Shown: in pieces, positions 52,237-60,680 of the stretch
How positions within the stretch are numbered: the first letter of the stretch is position 1
Layout of the letters: every line of letters starts with the position of its first letter
Assembly: GCA_043801935.1 (NCBI GenBank)
Contig: JAZDLO010000058.1
Location: 7,075 to 71,074, forward strand
DNA from: a bacterium
GTDB taxonomy: Bacteria; Actinomycetota; Thermoleophilia; RBG-16-64-13
DNA: 64,000 nt
Reading direction: 5' to 3'
The notes under the pieces: model-generated
Database searches by the model: none
The model's input: only the letters and a program-made list of their open reading frames with translations
Told to the model about the DNA's origin: nothing
Made by a program: the position numbers and the translations under genes

Positions 52237-54825
52237 ATGGCGGATGTGGAGAGACTGACCAACAGCACAACGGGAGGCCCCGTCTTCGTGGACGTGAAAG
52301 ACGGCGAGATCTTGCGCATCATACCCATCGATCTGGACGAGACGGACGCCCCCTCGTGGAAGATCGAGGCGCGGGGCCGGACGTTCTCGCCCTCGCGAAG
52401 GACGACCTTGTCCCCATGGACGGTGGCGCACAAATCCACCATCTACTCTCCCAAACGCATTCTCACCCCGCTCAAGCGGGTCGACTTCGATCCCAACGGC
52501 GCCCGTAATTGCCAGAACCGGGGCGTCTCCGGGTACGAACCGATCAGCTGGGACGAGGCTCTCGATCTGGTAGCGGACGAGATGATGCGGGTGAAGAGAG
52601 AACTGGGCCCGGGGGGCATCTTGACCACGCCGGGCTCGCACCACATGTGGGGGAATGTCGGCTATCGCTTCAGCGCCTACTACCGGTTCATGGATCTCGT
52701 GGGCATGACCTACGCCGAGCACAATCCCGACAGCTGGGAAGGCTGGCACTGGGGCGCCATGCACATGTGGGGCTTCAGTCACCGTCTGGGTATCCCGGAG
52801 CAGTACGATCTGCTTGAAGACGCTCTCCAGAACACGGAGATGGTGGTGTTTTGGTCGGCCGATCCCGAGTCGACCTCGGGCTGCTACGCGGCCTTCGAGA
52901 GCACGGCTCGCCGGTTCTGGCTCAAGGAGCTAGGGGTCAAGATGGTCTTCATCGATCCCTACTTCAACCACACCGCCGGGCTCTTCTCCGACAAATGGTT
53001 CGCCCCTCGCCTGGGCACTGATGTGGCTATGGCGCTCGCGGTCGCCCACGTTTGGCTCAGTGAGGGAACGTATGACAAGGACTACGTCGCCGGCCGCACC
53101 ACCGGATTCGACCAGTGGAGGGACTACGTGCTGGGCGCGTCCGACGGCCGGCCGAAGACCCCCGAATGGGCTGAGGGCGAGAGCGGTGTGCCGGCCCGGG
53201 AGATAAGGGCTCTGGCCCGTGAGTGGGCGGCGAAGAAGACCATGTTGGCGGCCGGCGGTTTTGGCGGCATGGGCGGGGCCTGTCGCTCGGCGACCGGTAA
53301 CGAGTGGGCGCGCGCCATGGTGGCGCTCGCCGCCATGCAGGGCCTCGGTAAGCCCGGCAGCAACATATGGGGTACCACCTTGGGCGCGCCCGTCGACGCC
53401 TCCTTCATGTTCCCGGGCTATTCTGAGGGTGGCATCTCCTGCAACCTTGACAACACAGCCGCCGGCTTCCGCTGGGCCTACCGGATGTTCCCCCGCGGAG
53501 GAGTATCCGGCAGCGTCCACCATTCCGTCGAGGGGCAGACCGTTCCCCGTCTGCGGATCCCGGAAGCGATGCTCCATGAGTCTTTGGAGTGGAGGGGCAA
53601 GGGCTTCTGCGGGGGGTCGATCCCGTCCCAGCTCAAGAAATACGAATACCCCGCTCCAGGTTATCCCCATGTGGGCATGTACTACCGCTACGGGGGTTCT
53701 TTCTTCGGCACCATGACCGAGACCAACCGCTACGTGAAGGCATACCAGGCGGATACGGTGCCCTTCGTGGTGAACCAATCGATCTGGATGGAAGGGGAAG
53801 CCAAGTTCGCCGACGTCATCCTGCCCGCGTGCACCAATTTCGAGCGCTGCGACATCAGCGAGGTCGCCTGGGCGGCCGGTTACGGGTGCGACGGCAACAC
53901 TCAACCCAACCACCGGATGATCGTCCTGCAGAAGAAGTGCATCGAGCCTTTGGGGGAGTCGAAGTCCGACTACGAGATATTCGCGGAGCTCTCCAAGCGG
54001 CTGGGCGTCTACGACATGTTCACCATGGGTGGCAAGACCGATCTGGACTGGGTGAAACAGGTCTTCCACGCCACCGACCTTCCGGAGCGCGTCACCTGGG
54101 AGGAGTTCGAGAAGAAGGGCTACTACGTCGTCCCGGTCCCCGATGACCGCGCGCCGACGCCGGCTCTGCGTTGGTTCGCCGAGGGCCGCGCGAAAGACAC
54201 TCCCGACTGGGGTCCGCGTCCTTCGGATACCGTTCAGCTGGCCGGGCTTCAGACCACCTCGGGTAAGATCGAGTTCGTCGCGTCCAGTCTCACCTGGTTG
54301 GAGGAGTCCGGCACGGTCGACTCCGAGCGACCGGCGCTGGGTCCCCAGTACATCGAGTCCTGGGAAGGTCACCACACGACCGAGCTGTACGGCACATACC
54401 CTCTGCAGCTGGTTTCCCCTCACCCGCGTTTCAGCTTCCACACGATGGGAGACGCCAAGGATTCGTGGACGAACGACATCAAGGACCACCGGATCCTGAA
54501 GGAGGACGGTCATCACTACTGGATCATCAGGCTTAGCCCGAGGGATGCCGAAGCACGGGGCATCGCCGACGGCGACCTCGTGAGGGCGTTCAACGACCGG
54601 GGTGCGGTCATCCTTGCCGCTCAGGTCACGGAGCGGCTGCCTCCAGGCACCGTGCATTCGTACGAATCGTGTGGCGATTACGACCCGATCGGGGCGCCGG
54701 GCGAGTCACCCGACCGAGCCGGGTGCGTGAACATCCTCACGCCTAAGCGGTTCATCACTCCGACCTCGACCGCCATGGCCAACAACTCCTGCCTGATCCA
54801 GGTGGAGAAGTGGCCAAGCTCTTAG
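52237..54825 (+). CDS. Molybdopterin oxidoreductase large subunit, the paralog closest to my recollection of AthL (clade B, copy A5), no adjacent small subunit
   Basis: ADVERLTNSTTGGPVFVDVKDGEILRIIPIDLDETDAPSWKIEARGRTF closely tracks the P. acidigallici AthL N-terminus as I recall it. Also PGSHHMWGNVGYR, NPDSWEGWHWG, FPGYSEGGIS, ILPACTNFERCDIS, YESCGDYDP. Confidence 0.9.
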   Translation: MADVERLTNSTTGGPVFVDVKDGEILRIIPIDLDETDAPSWKIEARGRTFSPSRRTTLSPWTVAHKSTIYSPKRILTPLKRVDFDPNGARNCQNRGVSGYEPISWDEALDLVADEMMRVKRELGPGGILTTPGSHHMWGNVGYRFSAYYRFMDLVGMTYAEHNPDSWEGWHWGAMHMWGFSHRLGIPEQYDLLEDALQNTEMVVFWSADPESTSGCYAAFESTARRFWLKELGVKMVFIDPYFNHTAGLFSDKWFAPRLGTDVAMALAVAHVWLSEGTYDKDYVAGRTTGFDQWRDYVLGASDGRPKTPEWAEGESGVPAREIRALAREWAAKKTMLAAGGFGGMGGACRSATGNEWARAMVALAAMQGLGKPGSNIWGTTLGAPVDASFMFPGYSEGGISCNLDNTAAGFRWAYRMFPRGGVSGSVHHSVEGQTVPRLRIPEAMLHESLEWRGKGFCGGSIPSQLKKYEYPAPGYPHVGMYYRYGGSFFGTMTETNRYVKAYQADTVPFVVNQSIWMEGEAKFADVILPACTNFERCDISEVAWAAGYGCDGNTQPNHRMIVLQKKCIEPLGESKSDYEIFAELSKRLGVYDMFTMGGKTDLDWVKQVFHATDLPERVTWEEFEKKGYYVVPVPDDRAPTPALRWFAEGRAKDTPDWGPRPSDTVQLAGLQTTSGKIEFVASSLTWLEESGTVDSERPALGPQYIESWEGHHTTELYGTYPLQLVSPHPRFSFHTMGDAKDSWTNDIKDHRILKEDGHHYWIIRLSPRDAEARGIADGDLVRAFNDRGAVILAAQVTERLPPGTVHSYESCGDYDPIGAPGESPDRAGCVNILTPKRFITPTSTAMANNSCLIQVEKWPSS

Positions 54826-54911
54826 AGCATCAAGGTCTACAGGAGGAACGTCCGGGGGCACGGTAGGACCTCCGGCTGCGAAGGCCTCGGAACCTGTGCT
54901 ACATTCGGCCG

Positions 54912-55172
54912 ATGAAGATCATCGATAGTCCCGTTCCGCTGGGGGAACTTGCCCTCCACTCCGACGAAGAGGCGCTTCTTCTCGAACGCGGCTCCGAGCA
55001 ACATCAGCTTTGGGGGATCAACATCTATCCCGATCTGGTAGGTCCGGAGCGGGTCGAGTTCGATTCCATGATCGACATCCGTCCCTCGCAGGGCAATCGC
55101 TCGCGGGGTGTGGACGATCTTGAGATCCGCGCCAGGATGCTTCGCATCGTGGACGCCCCGGTCACGTCGTGA
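54912..55172 (+). CDS. Small conserved hypothetical protein (I believe DUF5674-like)
   Basis: LHSDEEALLLERGSEQHQLWGINIYPD...VEFDSMIDIRPSQGNRSRGVDD matches a recalled family pattern (HADxEA.LLE.GS.Q..LWG...IRP.QGN). The N-terminus seems shorter than the family norm. Confidence 0.5.
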   Translation: MKIIDSPVPLGELALHSDEEALLLERGSEQHQLWGINIYPDLVGPERVEFDSMIDIRPSQGNRSRGVDDLEIRARMLRIVDAPVTS

Positions 55173-55513
55173 ACCCTCAGCATCCAGACCTGGCGGCTGG
55201 CCGGTGGTGCACCATGGCGCTCGTCGAGCAATTGGCGAACGTGGGCAGCGAGGTGGAGCGCGCGCTTGGCTGGGCCTCCAAGGGCAACCGCGAGTACGGC
55301 CGTCAGGCGCTCGAACGCGGATTGGAGCTGTTGGATCTGACGATCGCCGACCCCAAGCATCGACATCGGCTTAAGGAACTGACCCGGTTGCGCGAGGTCC
55401 TCTTGGATTATTTTCTCGGAGAGAACCAATTTGGCTCGACTGAGAGCAGTTGGAGAAGCTATTTCGACGCGTATGGCCTCGCGGCTGCGATCAAGAGGGA
55501 AGCGGCGAGGTGA
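55169..55513 (+). CDS. Small helical hypothetical protein; start uncertain
   Basis: LANVGSEVERALGW...KGN..Y...ALERGLELLDLTIAD...RLKELTRLREVLLDYFLGEN resembles a recurrent uncharacterised family. GTG 55169 gives a GTGA overlap; ATG 55214 is an alternative start. Confidence 0.5.
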   Translation: MNPQHPDLAAGRWCTMALVEQLANVGSEVERALGWASKGNREYGRQALERGLELLDLTIADPKHRHRLKELTRLREVLLDYFLGENQFGSTESSWRSYFDAYGLAAAIKREAAR

Positions 55514-56130
55514 CCCGCTGCGCCTGGGTGGGGGAGAACCCCCTCTATGTCGCCTACCATGACGAGGAGTGGGGCGTGCCGGTGCACGATGACCGGCTTC
55601 TCTTTGAGTTCCTGGTTCTGGAGGGCGCACAGGCGGGGCTTAGTTGGCTGACCATCCTCAGGAAACGCGACGGCTACCGCGAGGCGTTCGCCGGCTTCGA
55701 CCCTGTGCGCGTGGCCGCTTTCGACGCCTCGGATGTCCAGCGGCTGCTGGCCGACCCGGGGATCGTGCGGAACCGGCTCAAGGTGGAGTCGGCTATCTCC
55801 AACGCCCGCGCTTTCCTGAAGGTCCAAGAGGAGTTCGGCAGCTTCGACGCGTACGTTTGGGGATTCGCTGGTGGTGAGACCATCCATAATAGGTGGCATT
55901 CTGTGGCGGAAATCCCCACCCAGACGCCACAGGCCGGGCACATGAGCGCGGACCTCAAGCGGCGGGGATTCCGCTTTATCGGACCCACCATCTGCTACGC
56001 ACACATGCAGGCTACCGGCATGGTGAACGATCACACCGTGGACTGCTTCCGTTGGGCGGAGCTGAAAGGCGGAGGTTCGCGCGTCTCTACACCTGCCGCG
56101 TCCCGCACCCCCGAAGGAGGACTGCCGTGA
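55510..56130 (+). CDS. tag: DNA-3-methyladenine glycosylase I
   Basis: [48 protein letters not shown] and the C-terminal Zn-site context [17 protein letters not shown] 55510 overlaps the previous stop. Confidence 0.9.
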   Translation: MTRCAWVGENPLYVAYHDEEWGVPVHDDRLLFEFLVLEGAQAGLSWLTILRKRDGYREAFAGFDPVRVAAFDASDVQRLLADPGIVRNRLKVESAISNARAFLKVQEEFGSFDAYVWGFAGGETIHNRWHSVAEIPTQTPQAGHMSADLKRRGFRFIGPTICYAHMQATGMVNDHTVDCFRWAELKGGGSRVSTPAASRTPEGGLP

Positions 56131-58538
56131 GCATCGCACTCCCGCTAGAGGAAGGGGTACCACTCGAGGAGCAGACGCCGCTCGACGCCGTCGAGGTGGA
56201 CCGGATGAACGCCTATTGGCGAGCGGCCAACTACCTTTCCGTCGGCCAGATCTATCTCGAGGACAACCCGCTGCTGCGCCGCCCCCTGCGTCGCGACGAC
56301 ATCAAGAGCAGGCTCCTCGGCCACTGGGGCACCTGCCCGGGCCTGAACTTCGTCTACGTGCACCTCAACCGGGCGATCAAGGCCCGCGACCTGAACATGA
56401 TCTACGTTTGCGGCCCGGGTCACGGTGGACCGGCGATGGTGGCGAACGTGTACCTGGAGGGAACCTACTCCGAGTACTACTCCCGTATCGCGCAGAACGA
56501 AACCGGGATCCAACGGCTGTTCAAGCAGTTCTCGTTCCCCGGGGGCATCCCCAGCCATGTAGCCCCGGAGACACCCGGCTCGATCAACGAGGGCGGGGAG
56601 CTGGGCTACTCGCTCTCGCACGCCTACGGCGCCGTGTTCGACAATCCCGATCTCATCGCCTGTTGCGTGATCGGTGACGGCGAAGCCGAGACCGGGGCCC
56701 TGGCCGCCTCCTGGCAGTCGAACAAATTCCTCAATCCAGCCCAAGACGGCGCCGTACTCCCGATCCTCCATCTCAATGGCTACAAGATCGCCAACCCCAC
56801 GATCCTCGCGCGGATCGGCCGGGAGGAACTGGCCGAGTACCTACGGGGCTGCGGCCACGCTCCGTATTTCGTCGAGGGGGACGATCCGGCCCGCATGCAT
56901 CAGCTGATGGCGGCCACTCTCGACCGGGCGCTCGCCGATATTCAGCGATTCCAGCATAGAGGCCGGGTGGAGGGCATCAGCGAGCGCCCCACCTGGCCGA
57001 TGATCGTGCTGGTCACGCCCAAAGGCTGGACCGGGCCCAAGACCGTGGACGGACTGCAGACCGAGGGCACGTTCCGTTCGCACCAGGTCCCCTTTTCGGA
57101 GATGAACGAGGAGCATATCAAGCTTCTCGAGGAATGGATGCGCAGCTACAAGCCCGAGGAGCTCTTCGATGAAGGGGGCGCTTTCCGTCCCGAGTTGGCG
57201 GAGTTGGCTCCCCAGGGCACTCGGCGCATGGGAGCAAATCCTCACGCCAATGGAGGGCTTCTCCTCCGGGACCTCGAGCTGCCCGACTTCCGCGATTTCG
57301 CGGTGGAGGTGCCGGCGCCTGGGAGCGTGATGGGCCAATCCACCAAAGTGATGGCTGGGTTCCTAGCCGAAGCCATGCGTCTGAATCTCGACACTATGAA
57401 CTTCCGCGTCTTCGGTCCTGACGAGACAGTGTCGAACCGACTCGGCGCGATCCTGGAGGTGACTCCTCGCACCTGGAACGCCGTCATCATACCCGGGGAC
57501 GATCGCCTCTCCCCGACCGGCCGGGTGATGGAGATCTTGAGCGAGCACACTATCCAGGGGTGGCTGGAGGGATATCTTCTAACCGGGCGTCACGGCTTCT
57601 TCTCCTGCTATGAGGCCTTCATCCACATCGTGGCCTCGATGTTCAACCAGCACGCGAAGTGGCTGGACGTGAGCCAGGAGATCCCCTGGCGGCGCCCTAT
57701 CGCCTCGCTCAACTATCTGCTCACCTCTCACGTCTGGCGCCAGGACCACAACGGTTTCTCCCATCAGGACCCGGGCTTCATCGACCACGTGCTCACGAAG
57801 AAAGCCTCCGTGGTGCGGGTCTATCTTCCTCCCGACGCCAATTGCCTGCTGTATGTCACCGACATGTGCGTCCGCAGCCGGGATCTCGTGAACGTGATCG
57901 TCTCGGGGAAACAGCCGGAGCCCCAGTGGCTGGATATGCCCTCGGCCATCCGGCACTGCACGGCCGGCGTGGGGATCTGGAGCTGGGCCAGCAACGATGA
58001 AGGCTCAGACCCCGACGTGGTCATGGCCTGCGCAGGAGACGTCCCCACGATGGAGACCCTGGCCGCCGTCGATTTTCTTCACACGAATCTGCCCGACCTC
58101 AAGATCAGAGTGGTCAACGTGGTGGATCTCATGACCCTGCAGCCCCGGGAGGAACACCCAAACGGCCTCTCCGACCGAGAGTTCGACAGCTTGTTCACCG
58201 TCGACCGGCCCGTCATATTCGCGTATCACGGCTACCCCTGGCTTATCCACCGGCTCACGTACCGGCGCACCAACCACGACAACATCCACGTCCGCGGATA
58301 CAAGGAGGAGGGGAGTACCACCACCCCCTTCGACATGACCGTGCGGAACGAGATGGATCGTTTCAGCCTGGCGCGCGACGTCATCGATCGGGTGCCGGGG
58401 CTGGGGCAGCGCGCGGCGCACGTGCGGCAGTCGGTGCGGGACATCCATGTGGATCACGGGGAGTACATCCGGGAGCACGGCGACGATATGCCCTTCGTAA
58501 AGGATTGGACCTGGGGTTCGTACAGCCAGGGAGGGTAG
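56127..58538 (+). CDS. xfp: Xylulose-5-phosphate/fructose-6-phosphate phosphoketolase
   Basis: [66 protein letters not shown] 56127 overlaps the tag stop. Confidence 0.92.
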   Translation: MSIALPLEEGVPLEEQTPLDAVEVDRMNAYWRAANYLSVGQIYLEDNPLLRRPLRRDDIKSRLLGHWGTCPGLNFVYVHLNRAIKARDLNMIYVCGPGHGGPAMVANVYLEGTYSEYYSRIAQNETGIQRLFKQFSFPGGIPSHVAPETPGSINEGGELGYSLSHAYGAVFDNPDLIACCVIGDGEAETGALAASWQSNKFLNPAQDGAVLPILHLNGYKIANPTILARIGREELAEYLRGCGHAPYFVEGDDPARMHQLMAATLDRALADIQRFQHRGRVEGISERPTWPMIVLVTPKGWTGPKTVDGLQTEGTFRSHQVPFSEMNEEHIKLLEEWMRSYKPEELFDEGGAFRPELAELAPQGTRRMGANPHANGGLLLRDLELPDFRDFAVEVPAPGSVMGQSTKVMAGFLAEAMRLNLDTMNFRVFGPDETVSNRLGAILEVTPRTWNAVIIPGDDRLSPTGRVMEILSEHTIQGWLEGYLLTGRHGFFSCYEAFIHIVASMFNQHAKWLDVSQEIPWRRPIASLNYLLTSHVWRQDHNGFSHQDPGFIDHVLTKKASVVRVYLPPDANCLLYVTDMCVRSRDLVNVIVSGKQPEPQWLDMPSAIRHCTAGVGIWSWASNDEGSDPDVVMACAGDVPTMETLAAVDFLHTNLPDLKIRVVNVVDLMTLQPREEHPNGLSDREFDSLFTVDRPVIFAYHGYPWLIHRLTYRRTNHDNIHVRGYKEEGSTTTPFDMTVRNEMDRFSLARDVIDRVPGLGQRAAHVRQSVRDIHVDHGEYIREHGDDMPFVKDWTWGSYSQGG

Positions 58539-58796
58539 CCATGCGATACACCCGGATCTACGGCGGCCGTTCTTCCTGTAGCTCACTGGCGCGATCGAGG
58601 TAGAGGTCGGCGACGGCCGGACGGCGGCACCGGCCCGGGGAGCATCACCCTCATCGAGGATACGGCCGGGAGCGGACACGTCACGCGGGTCATCGGGGAC
58701 ATCCCGGTGACCGGGGCGTTCGTGCAGCTGCCCGACTGACGAGGGACGCGCGGACCCGTAAGTCGAGAGGGCCGAGTTCCGAGGGCCCGTCAGATA

Positions 58797-58826
58797 TTGA
58801 CAGGTCATCGCCCAAAAGCTTAATAT
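58797..58826 (+). promoter_or_regulatory. Near-consensus sigma70-type promoter (TTGACA-N17/18-TTAATA/TAATAT)
   Basis: TTGACA at 58797-58802 and TAATAT at 58821-58826, an AT-rich island in GC-rich DNA. It lies about 240 nt upstream of the SBP4 start codon. Confidence 0.6.
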
Positions 58827-59069
58827 CAGTACCGACTGACCCTGAGGAATTGGGGCGGTCAGCCGCTTGACTGCCCATCGATCGGGCGCGTGGAGACCGG
58901 TTTGCCGGCAGCGACGAGTCGATTTGAGCCCGGCCGTGGTCTTACCGGAAGCGCCGGAAGGAGTGTGAGGCGTATCGGTCACACCAGGGGATAGGCCCCA
59001 GGAGAACCGCTCTTAACCACAAGCCAGTGATCAAAGCTTCATCGCTCATGATCGGAGGGGGTCAACACT

Positions 59070-60554
59070 ATGGATAGCTCAAGAGAGAAACCTGACCAAT
59101 CGGCCGACCCTGGTCTCTTGAAGGATAAGTCCGTCAGCCGTCGCGAGTTCTTGAAGATCGCCGGGATCGCCGGAGCCACCGTGGGTGTGGGAGCCGGTCT
59201 TGGCGGACTACTGGCCGCCTGCGGCGAGGAGACCACCACTACCAGCGCCGGAGCCACCACTACCGGCGGTGCCACCACTACCAGCGCCGGAGCTACCACG
59301 ACGGTTGCCTCTGAACCGGAGATGGGCCGGGAGATCAAGCTGGGATTCGTGGCGCCACTCACGGGTCCCTTGGCTTCATTCGGCGTGCCCGACACCTACT
59401 GCGCCGATCGCTGGAAAGAAGCCATCGGTGACGGCCTGGTTCTGGGCGACGGCATGAAGCACCCCATCTCTATCAGCATCCAAGACAGCCAGTCGGACTC
59501 CAACCGGGCGGCGCAGGTGGCCGGCGACCTCATCAACAACACCGGGATCGACATGATGATGGTGGCCTCCACTCCGGACACGGTTAAGCCGACGGTCGAC
59601 CAGTGCGAAGCCAACTCCACCCCCTGCGTGTCCACAGACTGCCCCTGGCAGACCTACCTGGGGCCTGCCTTCGACAGCGGGGGCTATAAGTGGTCCTACC
59701 ACGTCTTCTTCGGTGGGGAAGACTGGATGGAAGTGACCGTCAGGTGCTACGACCAGGTCGCCACCAACAAGACGGTCGGCTATATGCTGCCCAACGATGC
59801 CGACGGCAACTACTATCGCGAGGTTCTGCCGGGCTTCTTGGAGAAAAACGGCTACAAGGCGGTGGACGGCGGCGCCTACCAGAACGGAACTGAAGACTAC
59901 TCGACCATCATCGGCATGTTCAAGACCCAAGGCGTCGAAATAATCACCGGGGTCATGATCCCGCCCGACTTCACCAACTTCTGGGTCCAGTCGGGACAGC
60001 AAGGATTCACGCCCAAGGTGTCTTTTGTTGGCAAGGCCTTGCTCTTTCCGCAGTCGCTCGACGCTCTGGGCCCCGTCGGCAATGGGCAGCTGACCGAGTT
60101 GTGGTGGCATCCCAGCTATCCATTCAAGTCCTCACTCTCAGGGGAGACCTGCGCAGAGCTGGCGGATCACTTCGAGGCCAACACCGGCCAACAGCAGACC
60201 GCGCCGCTACTGCACTACGTGGTGGGAGAGATGGCCATCTACTCCTTGAAGAACGCCACCGACCCCACGGATAAGGAGTCCATCTTGGCGGCCGTGGAGA
60301 AGATGAAGCTCGACACCATCGTCGGTCCTATCGACTTCACTTCCCCGGTCATGACCCCCCTCGGCCCCGGGAACTCCGACTTCCCGCCTGGCCCCGGCCA
60401 CAAGACGAAGAACGTCTACGACCACGGCCTGGGCGGGGCCCAGTGGCTCATGATGGGCGGTAAGTATATGTTCGGGCAGGCGGTGGTCAGCGACGCCGCC
60501 GCTCCCTACATAACGGAGATGGTGTCCGTGAAACCGCTACCCATCACCTCATAG
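59070..60554 (+). CDS. LivJ-type substrate-binding lipoprotein with Tat-like signal (SBP4)
   Basis: SRREFLK, lipobox LAAC, and the linker GEETTTTSAGATTTGGATTTSAGATTT. GGAGGGGG SD lies 9 nt upstream. Confidence 0.9.
   Translation: MDSSREKPDQSADPGLLKDKSVSRREFLKIAGIAGATVGVGAGLGGLLAACGEETTTTSAGATTTGGATTTSAGATTTVASEPEMGREIKLGFVAPLTGPLASFGVPDTYCADRWKEAIGDGLVLGDGMKHPISISIQDSQSDSNRAAQVAGDLINNTGIDMMMVASTPDTVKPTVDQCEANSTPCVSTDCPWQTYLGPAFDSGGYKWSYHVFFGGEDWMEVTVRCYDQVATNKTVGYMLPNDADGNYYREVLPGFLEKNGYKAVDGGAYQNGTEDYSTIIGMFKTQGVEIITGVMIPPDFTNFWVQSGQQGFTPKVSFVGKALLFPQSLDALGPVGNGQLTELWWHPSYPFKSSLSGETCAELADHFEANTGQQQTAPLLHYVVGEMAIYSLKNATDPTDKESILAAVEKMKLDTIVGPIDFTSPVMTPLGPGNSDFPPGPGHKTKNVYDHGLGGAQWLMMGGKYMFGQAVVSDAAAPYITEMVSVKPLPITS
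59232..59303 (+). repeat. Imperfect in-frame 18-24-nt tandem repeats encoding the Thr-rich linker of SBP4
   Basis: ACCACCACTACCAGCGCCGGAGCC / ACCACTACCGGCGGTGCC / ACCACTACCAGCGCCGGAGCT / ACCACGACG. Analogous ACC/ACG-rich tracts occur at about 12001-12090 and 44560-44640. Confidence 0.7.
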
Positions 60555-60579
60555 AGCCTGATCTTCCAGGCGCGCACCC

Positions 60580-60623
60580 AGAGGGAGCTCCCCGGCGAGA
60601 CCGCCGGGGAGCTCCCTCTTTTC
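60580..60623 (+). terminator. Rho-independent terminator after SBP4
   Basis: Perfect 18-bp stem: AGAGGGAGCTCCCCGGCG (60580-60597) pairs with CGCCGGGGAGCTCCCTCT (60602-60619), with a 4-nt loop, followed by TTT. Confidence 0.8.
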
Positions 60624-60680
60624 GGCGTGCGGCCACGGCGCCCCCGCCGGACCGGCTCGTCCGCCGCGATGACTCTGAGG

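Noticed and set aside
8373-54825. The idea that the five AthL-like paralogs differ in their Mo-ligand residue (SSHH vs QDHH vs GDGHG).
   Set aside because: I re-anchored the alignment on formate-dehydrogenase-type spacing and on my recollection of Ser175. The ligand then falls in NPDSWEGW, which is identical in all five. The variable block corresponds to His144-region pocket residues, not to the ligand.
58539-58739. A plus-strand reading frame ending ...GSITLIEDTAGSGHVTRVIGDIPVTGAFVQLPD*, which looks protein-like and could be a gene remnant after phosphoketolase.
   Set aside because: There is no ATG, GTG or TTG start in the frame after the upstream stop at 58536, and I recognise no family. 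At most it is an unprovable pseudogene fragment.
58830-59069. A cobalamin riboswitch in the SBP4 leader, suggested by GGAGACCGG and CCAGGAGAACCGC strings that resemble a B12 box.
   Set aside because: The other conserved core elements of the cobalamin aptamer (the GGUG..AAUCC and GCCACUG context and its helices) are not evident by eye. The match is too short to count.
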